Part shown: positions 1 through 13,119 of the stretch, in pieces
How the letters are laid out: every line of letters begins with the position of its first letter
Numbering within the stretch: position 1 is the first letter of the stretch
Assembly (NCBI RefSeq): GCF_963921235.1
Contig: NC_086100.1
Location: 202,680,001 to 202,744,000 of the forward strand
Length of the DNA stretch: 64,000 bases
Direction of reading: 5' to 3'
DNA from: Mobula hypostoma
Taxonomy: Eukaryota
Notes under the pieces: generated by a model
Seen by the model: the letters and a program-made list of their open reading frames with translations, nothing else
The model's database searches: none
What the model was told of the DNA's origin: nothing
Translations under genes and position numbers: made by a program

Positions 1-2058
1 CTCTGGTACCATTCCCGTGGACAACGAGGACATAAAGATCCTAGCCAGAGGCTCAGCAATCTCTTCCCTCGCCTCGTGGAGCAGCCTGGGGAGTATTCCG
101 TCAGGCCCTGGGGACTTATCCGTTCTAATGTATTTTAACAACTCCAACACCTCCTCTCCCTTAATATCAACATGCTCCAGAACATCAACCTCACTCATAT
201 TGTCCTCACCACCATCAAGTTCCCTCTCATTGGTGAATGCTGAAGAGAAGTATTCATTGAGGACCTCGCTCACTTCCACAGCCTCCAGGCACATCTTCGA
301 ACTTTTATCTCTAATTGTTCCTATCTTCACTCCTGTCATCCTTTTGTTCTTCACATAATTGAAGAATGCCTTGGGGTTTTCCTTTACCCTACTTGCCAAG
401 GCCTTCTCATGCCCCCTTGCTGTTCTTCTCAGCCCCTTGTTAAGCTCCTTTCTTGCTTCCCTATATTCCTCAATAGACCCATCTGATCCTTGCTTCCTAA
501 ACCTCATGTATGCTGCCTTCTTCCACCTGACTAGATTTTCCACCTCACTTGTCACCCATGGTTCCTTCACCTTACCATTCTTTATCTTACTCACCGGGAC
601 AAATTTATCCCTAACATCCTGCAAGAGATCTCTAAACATCGACCACATGTCCATAGTACATTTCCCTGCAAAAACATCATCCCAATTCACACCCGCAAGT
701 TCTAGCCTTATAGCCTCATAATTTGCCCTACCCACTTAAAAATTTTCCTGTCCTCTCCGATTCTATCCTTTTCCATGATAATGTTAAAGGCCAGGGAGCG
801 GTGGTCACTGTCCCCCAGATGTTCACCCACTGAGAGATCTGTGACCTGACCTGGTTCATTACCTAGTACTAGATCTAGTATGGCATTCCCCCTAGTCGGC
901 TTGTCCACATACCGTGACAGGAATCCGTCCTGGACACACTTAACAAACTCTGCCCCATCTAAACCCTTGGAACTAATCAGGTGCCAATCAATATTAGGGA
1001 AGTTAAAGTCACCCATGATAACAACCCTGTTATTTTTGCACCTTTCCAAAATCTGCCTCCCAATCTGCTCCTCTGTATCTCTGCTGCTACCAGGGGGCCT
1101 ATAGAATACCCCCAATAGAGTAACTGCTCCCTTCCTGTTCCTGACTTCCACCCATACTGACTCAAAAGAGGATCCTGCTACATTACCCACCCTTTCTGTA
1201 GCTGTAATAGTATCCCTGACCAGTAATGCCACCCCTCCTCCCCTTTTTCCGCCCTCTCTATCCCTTTTAAAGCACTGAAATCCAGGAATATTGAGAATCC
1301 ATTCCTGCCCTGGTGCCAGCCAAGTCTCTGTAATGGCCACTACATCATAATTCCATGTATGTATCCAAGCTCTCAGTTCATCACCTTTGTTCCTCATGCT
1401 TCTTGCATTGAGGTACACACATTTCAGCCCTTCTACCTTACTGTCTTTACCCCATTTATTCTGCTTTACTTTCCTCTAAGCCTCTCTATATGTTAGATCT
1501 GGATTTACTCCATGCACTTCTTTCACTGCTCTATCACTCTGGGTCCCATCCCCCTCGCAAATTAGTTTAAACCCTCCCGAACCATGCTAGCAAACCTACC
1601 TGCAAGGATATTGCTCCCGACTCGAGTTCAGGTGCAACCCATCCAATCTGTACAGGTCCCACCTTCCCCAGAAGAAATCCTAATGATCCAAAAATCTAAA
1701 ACCCTGCTCCCTACACCAACTCCTCAGCCACGCATTCAACTGCCATCTCCTCCAATTCTTACCATCTCTGTCACATAGCTCTGGCAGCAATCCTGAGAAC
1801 GCCACCCTTGAGGTCCTGTTCTTCAGCCTTCTGCCTAGGTCCCGAAACTCACACTTCAGGACCTCATCCCTCTTCCTGCCTATGTCATTGGTCCCAACAT
1901 GTATCACGACTTCTGGTTGCTTTCCCTCTGATACCAGGATGTCGTGCACCCGGTCAGAGACATCCCAGACCCTGGTACCTGGGAGGCAACAAACCATGCG
2001 GGTGTCCTTCTCACGTCCACAAAATCTCCTGTCTGCTCCCCTGACTATAGAGTCTCCA
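1..2058 (-). mobile_element. CR1 LINE fragment: ORF1 SGNH esterase plus ORF2 APE endonuclease
   Basis: ORF 708-1418 has YLNARS..VAITETWL..GDFNFPNIDW..SDH (APE). ORF 1680-2219 has GDSIVRG..HVGTNDIG (esterase). Near-identical to the 25270-26790 copy. Confidence 0.93.
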
Positions 2059-2059
2059 A

Positions 2060-2476
2060 CTGGGTCTTTATTCTTTGGAAAGTAGAAGGTTGAGGGGGGG
2101 ACTTGATAGAGGTGTTTAAAGTTATGAGGGGGATAGATAGAGTTGATGTGGATAGGCTTTTTCCTTTGAGAATGGGGGAGATTCAAACAAGAGGATGTGA
2201 GTTGAGAGTTAGGGGGCAAAAGTTTAAGGGTAACATGAGGGGGAACTTCTTTACTCAGAGAGTGGTAGCTGTGTGGAACGAGCTTCCAGCAGAAGTGGTA
2301 GAGGCAGGTTCGATATTGTCATTTAAAGTTAAATTGGATAGCTATATGGGCCAGAAAGGAATGGAGGCTGAGTGCAGGTCGGTGGGACTAGGTGAGAGTA
2401 AGCGTTCGGCACGGACTAGAAGGGCCGAGATGGCCTGTTTCCATGCTGTAATTGTTATATGGTTATATATATATAT
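2060..2476 (+). mobile_element. 5'-truncated CR1 3' end with simple-repeat tail
   Basis: DLIEVFKVMRG..NFFTQRVV..WNELP, followed by a gttatatg/tata tail. Confidence 0.85.
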
Positions 2477-3800
2477 TATCATACATTTCCCAACACAGTA
2501 TTCTATCTGCCACTTTTTTGCCCATCCTTCCAATTTGTCGAAGTCCTGTTGCAATTACATTGCTTCCTCAGCACTACCTACCCCGCCACCTCTCTTCGTA
2601 TCAGTCGCTCCTCTATCCATGCCAGCATCTTTCCTGGAACACCATAGAACTTTATCTTGTTCAGCAGCCTCTGTTGCCTCTCTTGGCCACCATGTTTGTT
2701 ACTTCCTCGAAGAATTCCAACTGGCAAGTGTTCCCTTCACAGAAAGCATGCTGACTTTGACTGCTATCATTAGTCTCCAAGAACCTCGAAACCTCATCCT
2801 TAGTGAATAGAATCCAAGAGTTTAGGCTAAGCTAACTGGCCTATAAGACTATAGGACCATAAGACATAGGCCATGAGGCCCATTAAGTCTGCTCCACCAT
2901 TCAATCATGACTGATCTTTTCTTTTAATCTCTTCTTCAATCCCTGTTCCCAGCCTTCTCCCCTTAACCTTTGATGCCATGTCCAATCAAGAACATATCGA
3001 TCTCTGCCTTAAATACACTCATGACCTGGAAAAAGAAAGTGGCAAATGAAATACAATGTTTAAAGATGCATGGTCATGCACTTTGATAGTAGAAATAAAT
3101 GTGCAGACTATTTTCTAAATGGGAAGGAAATCCTAAAATCTGCGATGCAGAGGGACTTGGGAGTCCTTGTGCAGAACACCTTGAGAGTTAACTTGCAGAT
3201 TGAGTCGGGGATGAGAAAGACAAATGCAATGTTAGCATTCATTTCAAGAGATCTGGAATACAACAGCAAGGATGTGATGCTGAGGCTTTATAAGGCACTG
3301 GTGAGGACTCACTGGAGCTGGTCCAGAGGAGGTGCAGAAGAATGATTCCAGAAATGAAAGGGTTATCATAAGAGGAATGTTTGATGGCTCTGGGTCTGTA
3401 CTCACTGGAATTCAGAAGGATGAGGGGGATCTCACTGAAACCTTTCAAATGTTGAAAGGCCAAGACAGAGTAGATTTGGAAAGGATGCTTCCCATGGTGG
3501 GAGAGTCTAGGACAGGAAGGCACAGCCTCAGGTTAGAGGGGCACCCTTTCAAAACAGAGATGCGGAGAAATTTCTTTAGCCAGAGAATGGTGAATTTGTG
3601 GAATTTGTTGCCACATGCAGATGTGGAGGCCAGGTCATTGGGTGTATTTAAGGTAGAGATTGATAGGTTCTTGATTGGACATGGCATCAAAGGTTACAGG
3701 GAGAAGGCAGAGAAATCGGGTTGAGCAGGAGAAAAAAAAAGATCAGCCATGACCGAATGGCAGAGTAGACTCGAAAGGCAAGATGGCCTAATGGTCAAAT
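2477..3800. mobile_element. Mosaic of decayed CR1 fragments (minus 2477-3030; plus 3031-3800)
   Basis: KKWQ.YNV.KC, RDLGVLV and NFFSQR..NLWN motifs, with CR1 3' UTR on both strands. Confidence 0.8.
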
Positions 3801-4406
3801 TTCCTATCACTAGTATAGTCCTCTTCTCTCCCTTCCATTCTGAGTCATATTTGGTACTCCTAGTAGTCCTACACCCCCATACCCATTTATATCCTATACC
3901 CCACACCCACATATATCCTATATCCAACACCCAGTATGTCCTATATCCCATACCCACGTATGTCCTATACCCATACTCATGTACCCTCATACCCATGTTT
4001 AAGTCCTATACCCCCAACCCATGTACGTCCAATACCCCCCGTATCATGTACAAGTCCTGTACACATGTAGAAGTCTAATACCCATATATCCTTATAGATG
4101 TTTTTTACCCCCATACCCCTGTGGAAGTCCTGTACTCACGTATCCCCGTGGAAGACCTGTACCCTCATACCCAGTAGAAATCCAGCACCCCATATTCGGT
4201 GGAATGCCCATACCCCTGTGGAGGTGATGTACCTCATAGCCCTGTGGAAGTGCTGCACCCCTGTTAAAGTCCTGTACTCCTGTACCCCTCTCAAAGTCCT
4301 GTACCCATGTACCCTGTGCATGTCCTGTGCCCCCATACCCCGTGAAGTCCAGAACCCCTGTACCGCTGTGGAAGTTGTGTACACCTGTGAGAGTGCTGTA
4401 CCCTTT

Positions 4407-5899
4407 CTCCCTGTGTAGCCCTGTGCCCCCATACCCCTGTGAAAATCCTGTACTCTCATCCCCCTGTGTAGTCCTGTGCCCCCATACCCCTGTGAAAATC
4501 CTGTACTCTCATCCCCCTGTGTAGTCCTGTGCCCCCATACCCCTGTGAAAATCCTGTACTCTCATCCCCCTCTGAAGTCCTGTGCCCCCATACCCCTGTG
4601 AAAATCCTGTACTCTCATCCCCCTGTGTAGTCCTGTGCCCCCATACCCCTGTGAAAATCCTGTACTCTCATCCCCCTCTGTAGTCCTGTGCCCCCATACC
4701 CCTGTGAAAATCCTGTACTCTCATCCCCCTCTGTAGTCCTGTGCCCCCATACCCCTGTGAAAATCCTGTACTCTCATCCCCCTCTGTAGTCCTGTGCCCC
4801 CATACCCCTGTGAAAATCCTGTACTCTCATCCCCCTGTGTAGTCCTGTGCCCCCATACCCCTGTGAAAATCCTGTACTCTCATCCCCCTCTGTAGTCCTG
4901 TGCCCCCATACCCCTGTAAAAATCCTGTACTCTCATCCCCCTGTGTAGTCCTGTGCCCGCATACCCCTGTGAAAATCCTGTACTCTCATCCCCCTGTGTA
5001 GTCCTGTGCCCGCATACCCCTGTGAAAATCCTGTACTCTCATCCCCGTGTAGTCCTGTGCCCGCATACCCCTGTGAAAATCCTGTACTCTCATCCCCCTG
5101 TGTAGTCCTGTGCCCCCATACCCCTGTGAAAATCCTGTACTCTCATCCCCCTGTGTAGTCCTGTGCCCGCATACCCCTGTGAAAATCCTGTACTCTCATC
5201 CCCCTGTGTAGTCCTGTGCCCGCATACTCCTGTGAAAATCCTGTACTCTCATCCCCCTGTGTAGTCCTGTGCCCGCATACTCCTGTGAAAATCCTGTACT
5301 CTCATCCCCCTGTGTAGTCCTGTGCCCGCATACCCCTGTGAAAATCCTGTACTCTCATCCCCCTGTGTAGTCCTGTGCCCCCATACCCCTGTAAAAATCC
5401 TGTACTCTCATCCCCCTGTGTAGTCCTGTGCCCGCATACCCCTGTGAAAATCCTGTACTCTCATCCCCCTGTGTAGTCCTGTGCCCGCATACCCCTGTGA
5501 AAATCCTGTACTCTCATCCCCCTGTGTAGTCCTGTGCCCGCATACCCCTGTGAAAATCCTGTACTCTCATCCCCCTGTGTAGTCCTGTGCCCGCATACCC
5601 CTGTGAAAATCCTGTACTCTCATCCCCCTGTGTAGTCCTGTGCCCGCATACTCCTGTGAAAATCCTGTACTCTCATCCCCCTGTGTAGTCCTGTGCCCGC
5701 ATACCCCTGTGAAAATCCTGTACTCTCATCCCCGTGTAGTCCTGTGCCCGCATACCCCTGTGAAAATCCTGTACTCTCATCCCCCTGTGTAGTCCTGTGC
5801 CCGCATACTCCTGTGAAAATCCTGTACTCTCATCCCCCTGTGTAGTCCTGTGCCCCCATACCCCTGTAAAAATCCTGTACTCTCATCCCCCTGTGTAGT
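4407..5899. repeat. 53-bp minisatellite (26+27-bp dimer), about 28 copies, preceded by degenerate related sequence from about 3850
   Basis: Unit ccccctgtgtagtcctgtgcccccatacccctgtgaaaatcctgtactctcat. gaaaatcc recurs at 4441 and 4494 (53-bp period). Confidence 0.97.
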
Positions 5900-7315
5900 C
5901 CCTGTGGAAATGCTGTAGCCCAACACCACTGTGGAAATGCTGTAGCCCAACACCACTGTGGAAATGCTGTAGCCCAACACCACTGTGGAAATGCTGTAGC
6001 CCAACACCACTGTGGAAATGCTGTAGCCCAGTACAACTGTGGAAATGCTGTAGCCCAACACCACTGTGGAAATGCTGTAGCCCAGTACCCCTGTGGAAAT
6101 GCCGTAGCCCAATACCCCTGTGCAAATACTGTAGTCCAACACCACTGTGGAAATGCTGTAGCCCAACACCACTGTGGAAATGCCGTAGCCCAACACCACT
6201 GTGGAAATGCTGTAGCCCAGTACAACTGTGGAAATGCTGTAGCCCAACACCACTGTGGAAATGCTGTAGCCCAACACCACTGTGGAAATGCTGTAGCCCA
6301 ACACCACTGTGGAAATGCTGTAGCCCAGTACAACTGTGGAAATGCTGTAGCCCAACACCACTGTGGAAATGCTGTAGCCCAGTACCCCTGTGGAAATGCC
6401 GTAGCCCAATACCCCTGTGCAAATGCTGTAGCCCAACACCACTGTGGAAATGCTGTAGCCCAACACCACTGTGGAAATGCTGTAGCCCAGTACAACTGTG
6501 GAAATGCTGTAGCCCAACACCACTGTGGAAATGCTGTAGCCCAGTACCCCTGTGGAAATGCCGTAGCCCAATACCCCTGTGCAAATGCTGTAGCCCAACA
6601 CCCCTGTGGAAACGTCGTAGCCCAACACCACTGTGGAAATGCTGTAGCCCAATACCCCTGTGGAAATGCTGTAGCCCAATACCCCTGTGGAAATGCTGTA
6701 GCCCAACACCACTGTGGAAATGCCGTAGCCCAACACCCCTGTGGAAATGCTGTAGCCCAACACCCCTGTGGAAATGCTGTAGCCCAACACCACTGTGGAA
6801 ATGCTGTAGCCCAACACCACTGTGGAAAGGTCGTAGCCCAACACCCCTGTGGAAATGCTGTAGCCCAATACCCCTGTGGAAATGCTGTAGCCCAACACCC
6901 CTGTGGAAAGGTCGTAGCCCAACACCACTGTGGAAATGCTGTAGCCCAACACCACTGTGGAAATGCTGTAGCCCAACACCACTGTGGAAATGCTGTAGCC
7001 CAACACCACTGTGGAAATGCTGTAGCCCAATACCCCTGTGGAAATGCCGTAGCCCAACACCACTGTGGAAATGCTGTAGCTCAGTACCACTGTGGAAATG
7101 CTGTAGCCCAATACCCCTGTGGAAATGCTGTAGCCCAACACCACTGTGGAAATGCCGTAGCCCAACACCCCTGTGGAAATGCCGTAGCCCAACACCACTG
7201 TGGAAATGCTGTAGCCCAGTACCACAGTGGAAATGCTGTAGCCCAACACCCCTGTGGAAATGCCGTAGCCCAACACCACTGTGGAAATGCTGTAGCTCAG
7301 TACCACTGTGGAAGC
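5900..7315. repeat. 27-bp minisatellite, about 52 copies
   Basis: Unit cccaacaccactgtggaaatgctgtag. It produces the 9-aa-periodic spurious ORFs 5777-7306 and 5883-7415. Confidence 0.97.
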
Positions 7316-7469
7316 CCTGAATCACCGTGGAAACCTGTACCCCCATTCCCCTACGAAGTCCTGTGCCCCCATACACCTGCAAAGTACAGTACTCCTGTAC
7401 CCCTGAGGAAGTCATGTATTCTTGTGTAAGTGCTGTATCCCCATACCCTTGCCGTTCAGTACCACTGTA

Positions 7470-7905
7470 CCCCTGTGGAAGTCCTGTACTCCCATACCCT
7501 TCTCGAAGTCCTGTACTCCCGTACCATTCTCAAAGTCCTGTACTCCGGTACTCTTCTCGAAGTCCTGTACTCCCATTCCCTTCTCGAAGCCCTGTACTCC
7601 CGTATCCCTCTCAAAGTCCTGTACTCCCATACCCTTCTGGAAGTCCTGTACTCCCGTACCCTTCAAAGTCCTGTACTCCCGTACCCTTCAATGTCCTGTA
7701 CTCCCGTACCCTTCATTGTCCTGTACTCCCATACCCTTCTCGAAGTCCTGTACTCCTGTATCTCTCTCGAAGTCCTGTTCTCCCATACCCTTCTAGAAGT
7801 ACTGTACTCCCGTACCCTTCAAAGTCCTGTACTCCTGTACCCTTCTAGAAGTCCTGTACTCCCGTACCCTTCCGGAAGTCCTGTACTCCCGTACCCTTCT
7901 AGAGC
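7470..7905. repeat. 24-27-bp minisatellite
   Basis: Unit approximately gaagtcctgtactcccgtacccttctc. Confidence 0.92.
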
Positions 7906-8105
7906 CCTGTTCCCCCTGCTGAAGTCCAGTACTTATAAGACCATAAGATACAGGAGCAGAAGTAGGATATTCAGCCCATCGAGTTTGCTCTGCCATTCAA
8001 TCCTGGGCTGATCCATTTCTTCCAGTCACTCCCCACTCCCCTGCCTTCTCCCTGCCATACCCTTTGTTGTCCTGGCTAATCAAGAACCTATCTATCTCTG
8101 CTTTA

Positions 8106-8191
8106 AAGTGAGAGTAGGAGTTTGGCATGGACTAGAAGGTCTGAGGTGGCCTGTTTCCATGCTGTAATTGTAATATAGTTATATGGTTATA
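8106..8191 (+). mobile_element. About 85-bp CR1 3'-tail insertion of the same family as 2060-2476
   Basis: ggactagaagg..ggcctgtttccatgctgtaattg..gttatatggttata matches 2413-2467 and interrupts the host 3' UTR. Confidence 0.8.
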
Positions 8192-8365
8192 AAATACACA
8201 CAATGACTTGGCCTCCACAGCCGCTCATGGGAAAAAGTTCCACAGATTTACCACCCTCTGATGAAAGTAATTTCTCCACAGCTCAGTTCTAAATGGACGT
8301 TCTTCCATCCTGAAATCGTGTTCTCTTATCCTGGACTCCTGGACGATGAGAAATAACCTTGCCAT

Positions 8366-10100
8366 AAAGAAACATAGAAACGTACAAACATAGAAAACCT
8401 ACAGCACAATACAGGCACTTCAGTCCACAAAGCTGTACCGAACATATCCTTACCTTAGAAATTACCTAGGGTTACCCACAGCCCTCTATTTTTCTAAGCT
8501 CCATATACCTATCCAGGAGTCTCTTAAAAGACCCTATCGTATCCGCCTCCACCACCGTCGCTGGCATTCCACGCACTCACCACTCTCCGCATAAAAAACT
8601 TACCCCTGACACCTCCTCTGTATCTACTTCCAAGCATCTTAAAACTGTACCCTCTCATGCTAGCTATTTCAGCTCTGGGAAAAAGCCTCTGACTATCCAC
8701 ACGATCAACGCCTCTCATCATCTTATACACCTCTATCAGGTCACCTCTCATCCTCCGTCACTCCAAGGAGAAAAGGCTAATTTCATGCAACCTATTCCCA
8801 TAAGGCATGCTCCCCAATCCAGGCAACATCCTTGTAAATCTCCTCTGCACCCTTTCTATGATTTCCACATCCTTCCTGTAGTGAGGCAATCAGAACTGTG
8901 CACAGTACTCCAAGTGGGGTCTGACCACGGTCCTATAGAGCTGCAACATTACCTCTCAGCTCTTAAACTCAATTCCACGATTGATGAAGGCCAATGCACC
9001 GTATGCCTTCTTAACCACAGAGTCAACCTGCGCAGCAGCTTTGAGTGTCCAATGGACTCGGACCCCAAGATCCCTCTGATCCTCCACACTGCCAAAAGTC
9101 TCACCATTAATACTATTCTGCCATAATATGTGACCTACCAAAATGAATCACCTCACATTTTTCTGGGTTGAACTCCATCTGCCACTTCTCAGCCCAGTTT
9201 TATATCCTATCAATGTCCCACTATAACCTCTGACAGTCCTCCACACTATCCACAACACTCCCAACCTTTGTGTCATCAAATTTACTAACCCATCCCTCCT
9301 CTTCCTCAGCCAAGTCATTTATAAAAATCACTAAGAGTAGGGGTCCCAGAACAGATCCCTGAGACACACCACTGGTCACCAACCTGTCTGCAACCACTCT
9401 TTGCCTTCTGAGGGCAAGCTAATTTTGGATCCGCAAAGCAATGTCCCCTTGGACTTCAATAAGTCTTGCATTGGGTACCTTATCAAATGCCTTGCTAAAA
9501 TCCATATACACTACATCTACTGCTCTATTTTCATTAATGTTTTTAGTCACATCCTCAAAAAATTCTATCAGGCTCATAAGGCACAAGCTACCTTTGACAA
9601 ACCTGTACTGACTATTTCTAATCACATTATGCCTCTCCAAATGTTCATAAATCCTGCCTCTCAAGATCTTCTCCATCAACTTACCAACCACTGAAGTAAG
9701 ACTCACTGGTCTATAATTTCCTGGGCTATCTCTACTCCTTTTCTTGAGTAAAGGAACAACATCCGTAATCCTCCAATCCTCCGGAACCTCTCCCATCCCC
9801 ATTGATGATGCAAAGATCATCGCTGGAGGCTCAGCAATCTCCTCCCTCACCTCCCACAGTAGCCTGGGGAACATCTTGTCTGGTCCTTATCCAACCTGAT
9901 GCTTTCCAAAAGCTCCAGAATATCCTCTTCTTTAATGTCTACATGCTCAAGTTTTTCCTGTCCACTGAAAATCATCCCTACAATCGCCAAGATCCTTTTC
10001 CGTAGTGAATACCGAAGCAAAGTATTCATTAAGTACCTCTGCTATTGACTCTGGTTCCATACATACTTTTTCCTCTGTCACACTTGATTGGTCTCCTGTT
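8366..10100 (-). mobile_element. 5'-truncated CR1 LINE (RT to 3' tail)
   Basis: NYRPVSLTSVVGK and MDFSKAFDKVP motifs; aaacatag tail at 8366-8400. Confidence 0.9.
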
Positions 10101-10974
10101 CTCTAATCTAATATCTAATCTGTTCAGGCCTTTTAACATTTGGAATGTTTCTATGAAATCCCCCCTCATTCTCCTGAACTGCAGTGAATACAGCCCAAGA
10201 GCTGCCAGACACTCCTCATATGGTAACCCTCTCATTCCTGGAATCTTTCTTCTGAATCTTCTCTGAACCCTTTCCAATGTCAGTATATCCTTTCTAAAAT
10301 AAGGAGCCTAAAACTGCACACAATACTCCAAGTGTGGTCTCACGAGTGCCTTATAGAGCCTCAACATCACATTCCTGCTCTTATATTCTGTACCTCTCGA
10401 AATGAATGTCAACGTTGATTTGCCTTCTTCATGACTCAACCTGGAGGTTAATCTTCAGGGAATCCTGCACAAGGACTCCTAAGTCCCTTTGAATCTCTGC
10501 ATTTTGAATTCTCTCCCCATCTAAATAATAGTCTGCCCGTCTATTTCTTCCACCAAAGTGCATGACCATACACTTTCCAACATTGTATTTCATTTGCCAC
10601 TTCTTTATCCATTCTCCTAAACTATCCAAGTCTCTCTGCAGGCTCTCTGTTTCCTCAACACTACCCGCTCCTCCACCTATCTTTGTATCATCGGCAAATT
10701 TAGCCACAAATCCATTAATCCCGTAGTCCAAATCATTGACATACATCATAAAAAGCAGTGGTCCCAACACCGACCCCTGTGGAACTCCACTGGTAACCGG
10801 CAGCCAGACAGAATAGGATCCCTTTACTCTCACTCTCTGTTTTCTGCCGATCAGCCAATGCTCCACTCATGTTAGTAACTCCCCTATAATTCCGTGGGAT
10901 CTTATTTTGCTAAGCATCCTCATGTGCGGCACCTTTTCAAAGGCCTTCTGAAAATCCAGGTATCAGACCTGCTG

Positions 10975-12492
10975 CAAACAACAGGAATTCTGCAGATGCT
11001 AGAAATTCAGGCAACACACATCAAAGTTGCTCTGCATGCGTGCAGGAAGCAGCACCAATGCAGTCGTTGATGTAGCGAAGGAAAAGTGGGGGACAGATAC
11101 CAGAATAGGCACGGAACATAGATTGTTCTACAAAGCCAACAAAAAGGCAGGCATAGGGAGGACCCATACGGGTGCCCATAGCTACACCTTTAGCTTGGAG
11201 GAAGTGGGAGGAGCCAAAGGAGAAATTATTAAGAGTAAGGACTAATTCCGCTAGACGGAGCAGAGTGGTGGTAGAGGGGAACTGATTAGGTCTGGAATCC
11301 AAAAAGAAGCAGAGAGCTTTGGGACCTTCCTGATGGGGGATGGAAGTATATAGGGACTGGACATCCATGGTGAAAATAAAGCAGTGGGGGCCAGGGAACT
11401 TAAAATCAACTCTGCTCTCAAACGCATCTCCCCCATTTCACGTACATCTGCTCTCACTCCATCCTCCCACCACCCCACTAGGAATAGGGTTCCCCTGGTC
11501 CTCACCTACCACCCCACCAGCCTCCGGGTCCAACATATTATTCTCTGTAACTTCCGCCACCTCCAACGGGATCCCACCACTAAGCATATCTTTCCCTCCC
11601 CCCCCTCTGCTTTCCGCAGGGATCGCTCCCTACACAACTCCCTTGTCCATTCGTCCCCCCCATCCCTCCCCACTGATCTCCCTCCTGGCACTTATCCTTG
11701 TAAGCAGAACAAGTGCTACACATGCCCTTACACTTCCTCCCTTACCACCATTCAGGGCCCCAGACAGTCCTTCCAGGTGAGGCGACACTTCACCTGTGAG
11801 TCGGCTGGGGTGACATACTGCGTCCGGTGCTCCCGATGTGGCCTTCTATATATTGGCGAGACCCGACGCAGACTGGGAGACCGCTTTGCTGAACACCTAC
11901 GCTCTGTTCACCAGAGAAAGCTGGATCTCCCAGTGACCACACATTTTAATTCCACATCCCATTCCCATTCTGACATGTCTATCCACGGCCTCCTCTACTG
12001 TAAAGATGAAGCCACACTCAGGTTGGAGGAACAACACCTTATATTCCGTCTGGGTAGCCTCCAACCTGATGGCATGAACATCGACTTCTCTAACTTCTGC
12101 TAATGCCCCACCTCCCCCTCGTACTCCATCCGTTATTTATTTTTATACACACATTCTTTCTCTCACTCTCCTTTTTCTCCCTCTGTCCCTCTCACTATAC
12201 CCCTTGCCCATCCTCTGGGTTCCCCTCCCTCTTGTCTTTCTCCCCGGACCTCCTCTCCCATGATCCTCTCATACCCCCTTTGCCAATCACCTGTCCAGCT
12301 CTCGGCTCCATCCCTCCCCCTCCTGTCTTCTCCTGTCATTTCGGATCTCCCCCTCCCCCTCCCACTTTCAAATCTCTTACTAGCTCTTCCTTCAGTTAGT
12401 CCTGATGAAGGGTCTCGGCCTGAAACGTCGACTGTACCTCTTCCTACAGATGCTGCCTGGCCTGCTGCGTTCACCGGCAACCTTGATCTGTG
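10975..12492. mobile_element. Penelope-like element with inverted structure: RT piece (minus, 11021-11410) and GIY-YIG endonuclease plus terminal repeat (plus, 11410-12492)
   Basis: MDVQSLYTSIPH..GVAMGTRMGP.YA..LRYIND (PLE RT); VTYCVRCSRCGLLYIGETRRRLGDRFAEH (GIY-YIG). The terminal sequence appears in inverted orientation at both ends. Confidence 0.92.
12398..12433 (+). ncRNA. Minimal type-I hammerhead ribozyme motif in Penelope terminal repeat
   Basis: agtc-CTGATGA-a-GGGT(ctcg)GCCT-GAAAC-GTC-gact. Conserved core, stem I agtc/gact, 4-bp stem II, palindromic ACGU at stem III, GUC cleavage triplet (cut after 12429). Confidence 0.85.
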
Positions 12493-13119
12493 TTACCAGA
12501 CCCACTACATCTCCTTTGTCTACCCTGCTTGTAATTTCCTCACAAAATTGCAGTAGGTTTGTCAGGCAGAATTTTCCTTTCAGGAAACCATGCTGGCTTT
12601 GGCCTATCTTGTCATGGGTCTCCAGGTACTCCGTAATCTCATCCGTAATAATAGATTCCAACAACTTCCCAACCACTGACATCAGGCTAACAGGTCTATT
12701 GTTTCCTTTCTGCTGCCTCGCACCCTTCTTAAATAGCGGAGTAACATTTGCAATTTTCCAGTCATCCGATACAATTCCAGAATCTATCAGTTCTTGAAAG
12801 ATCATCGTTAATACCTCCGCAACCTCTCCAGCTACTTCCTTCAGAACCCGAGGGTGCGTTCCATCAGGTCCAGGAGATTTATCCACTCTCAGAACATTAA
12901 ACTTCCTGACTTCCCTGACACCCTTGAATATCTGGTATACTGCAGATGTCTTCCACTGTGAAGACTGATGCAAAATACACATTCAGTTCCTCTGCCATCT
13001 CTGTGTCTCCCATTACAATATCTCCAGTGTCATTTTCTATTGGTCCTATATCTACCCTCAACTCCTTTTTACCCTTTATGTACTTAAAATAGCTTTTAGT
13101 ATCTTCTTCTGCTATTACT

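Larger units (their letters stand above)
7935..13112 (-). mobile_element. Host CR1 LINE split by three insertions (pieces 7935-8105, 8192-8365, ~10110-10967, ~12495-13112)
   Basis: 3' UTR at 7935. The RT frame is collinear across the insertions: [17 protein letters not shown] at 10429-10866 and KSPGPDG..LTNLL at 12392-12982. Confidence 0.85.

Noticed and set aside
5777..7415. 509-aa and 510-aa ORFs as genes
   Set aside because: They are translations of a 27-bp tandem repeat, with no splice or domain evidence.
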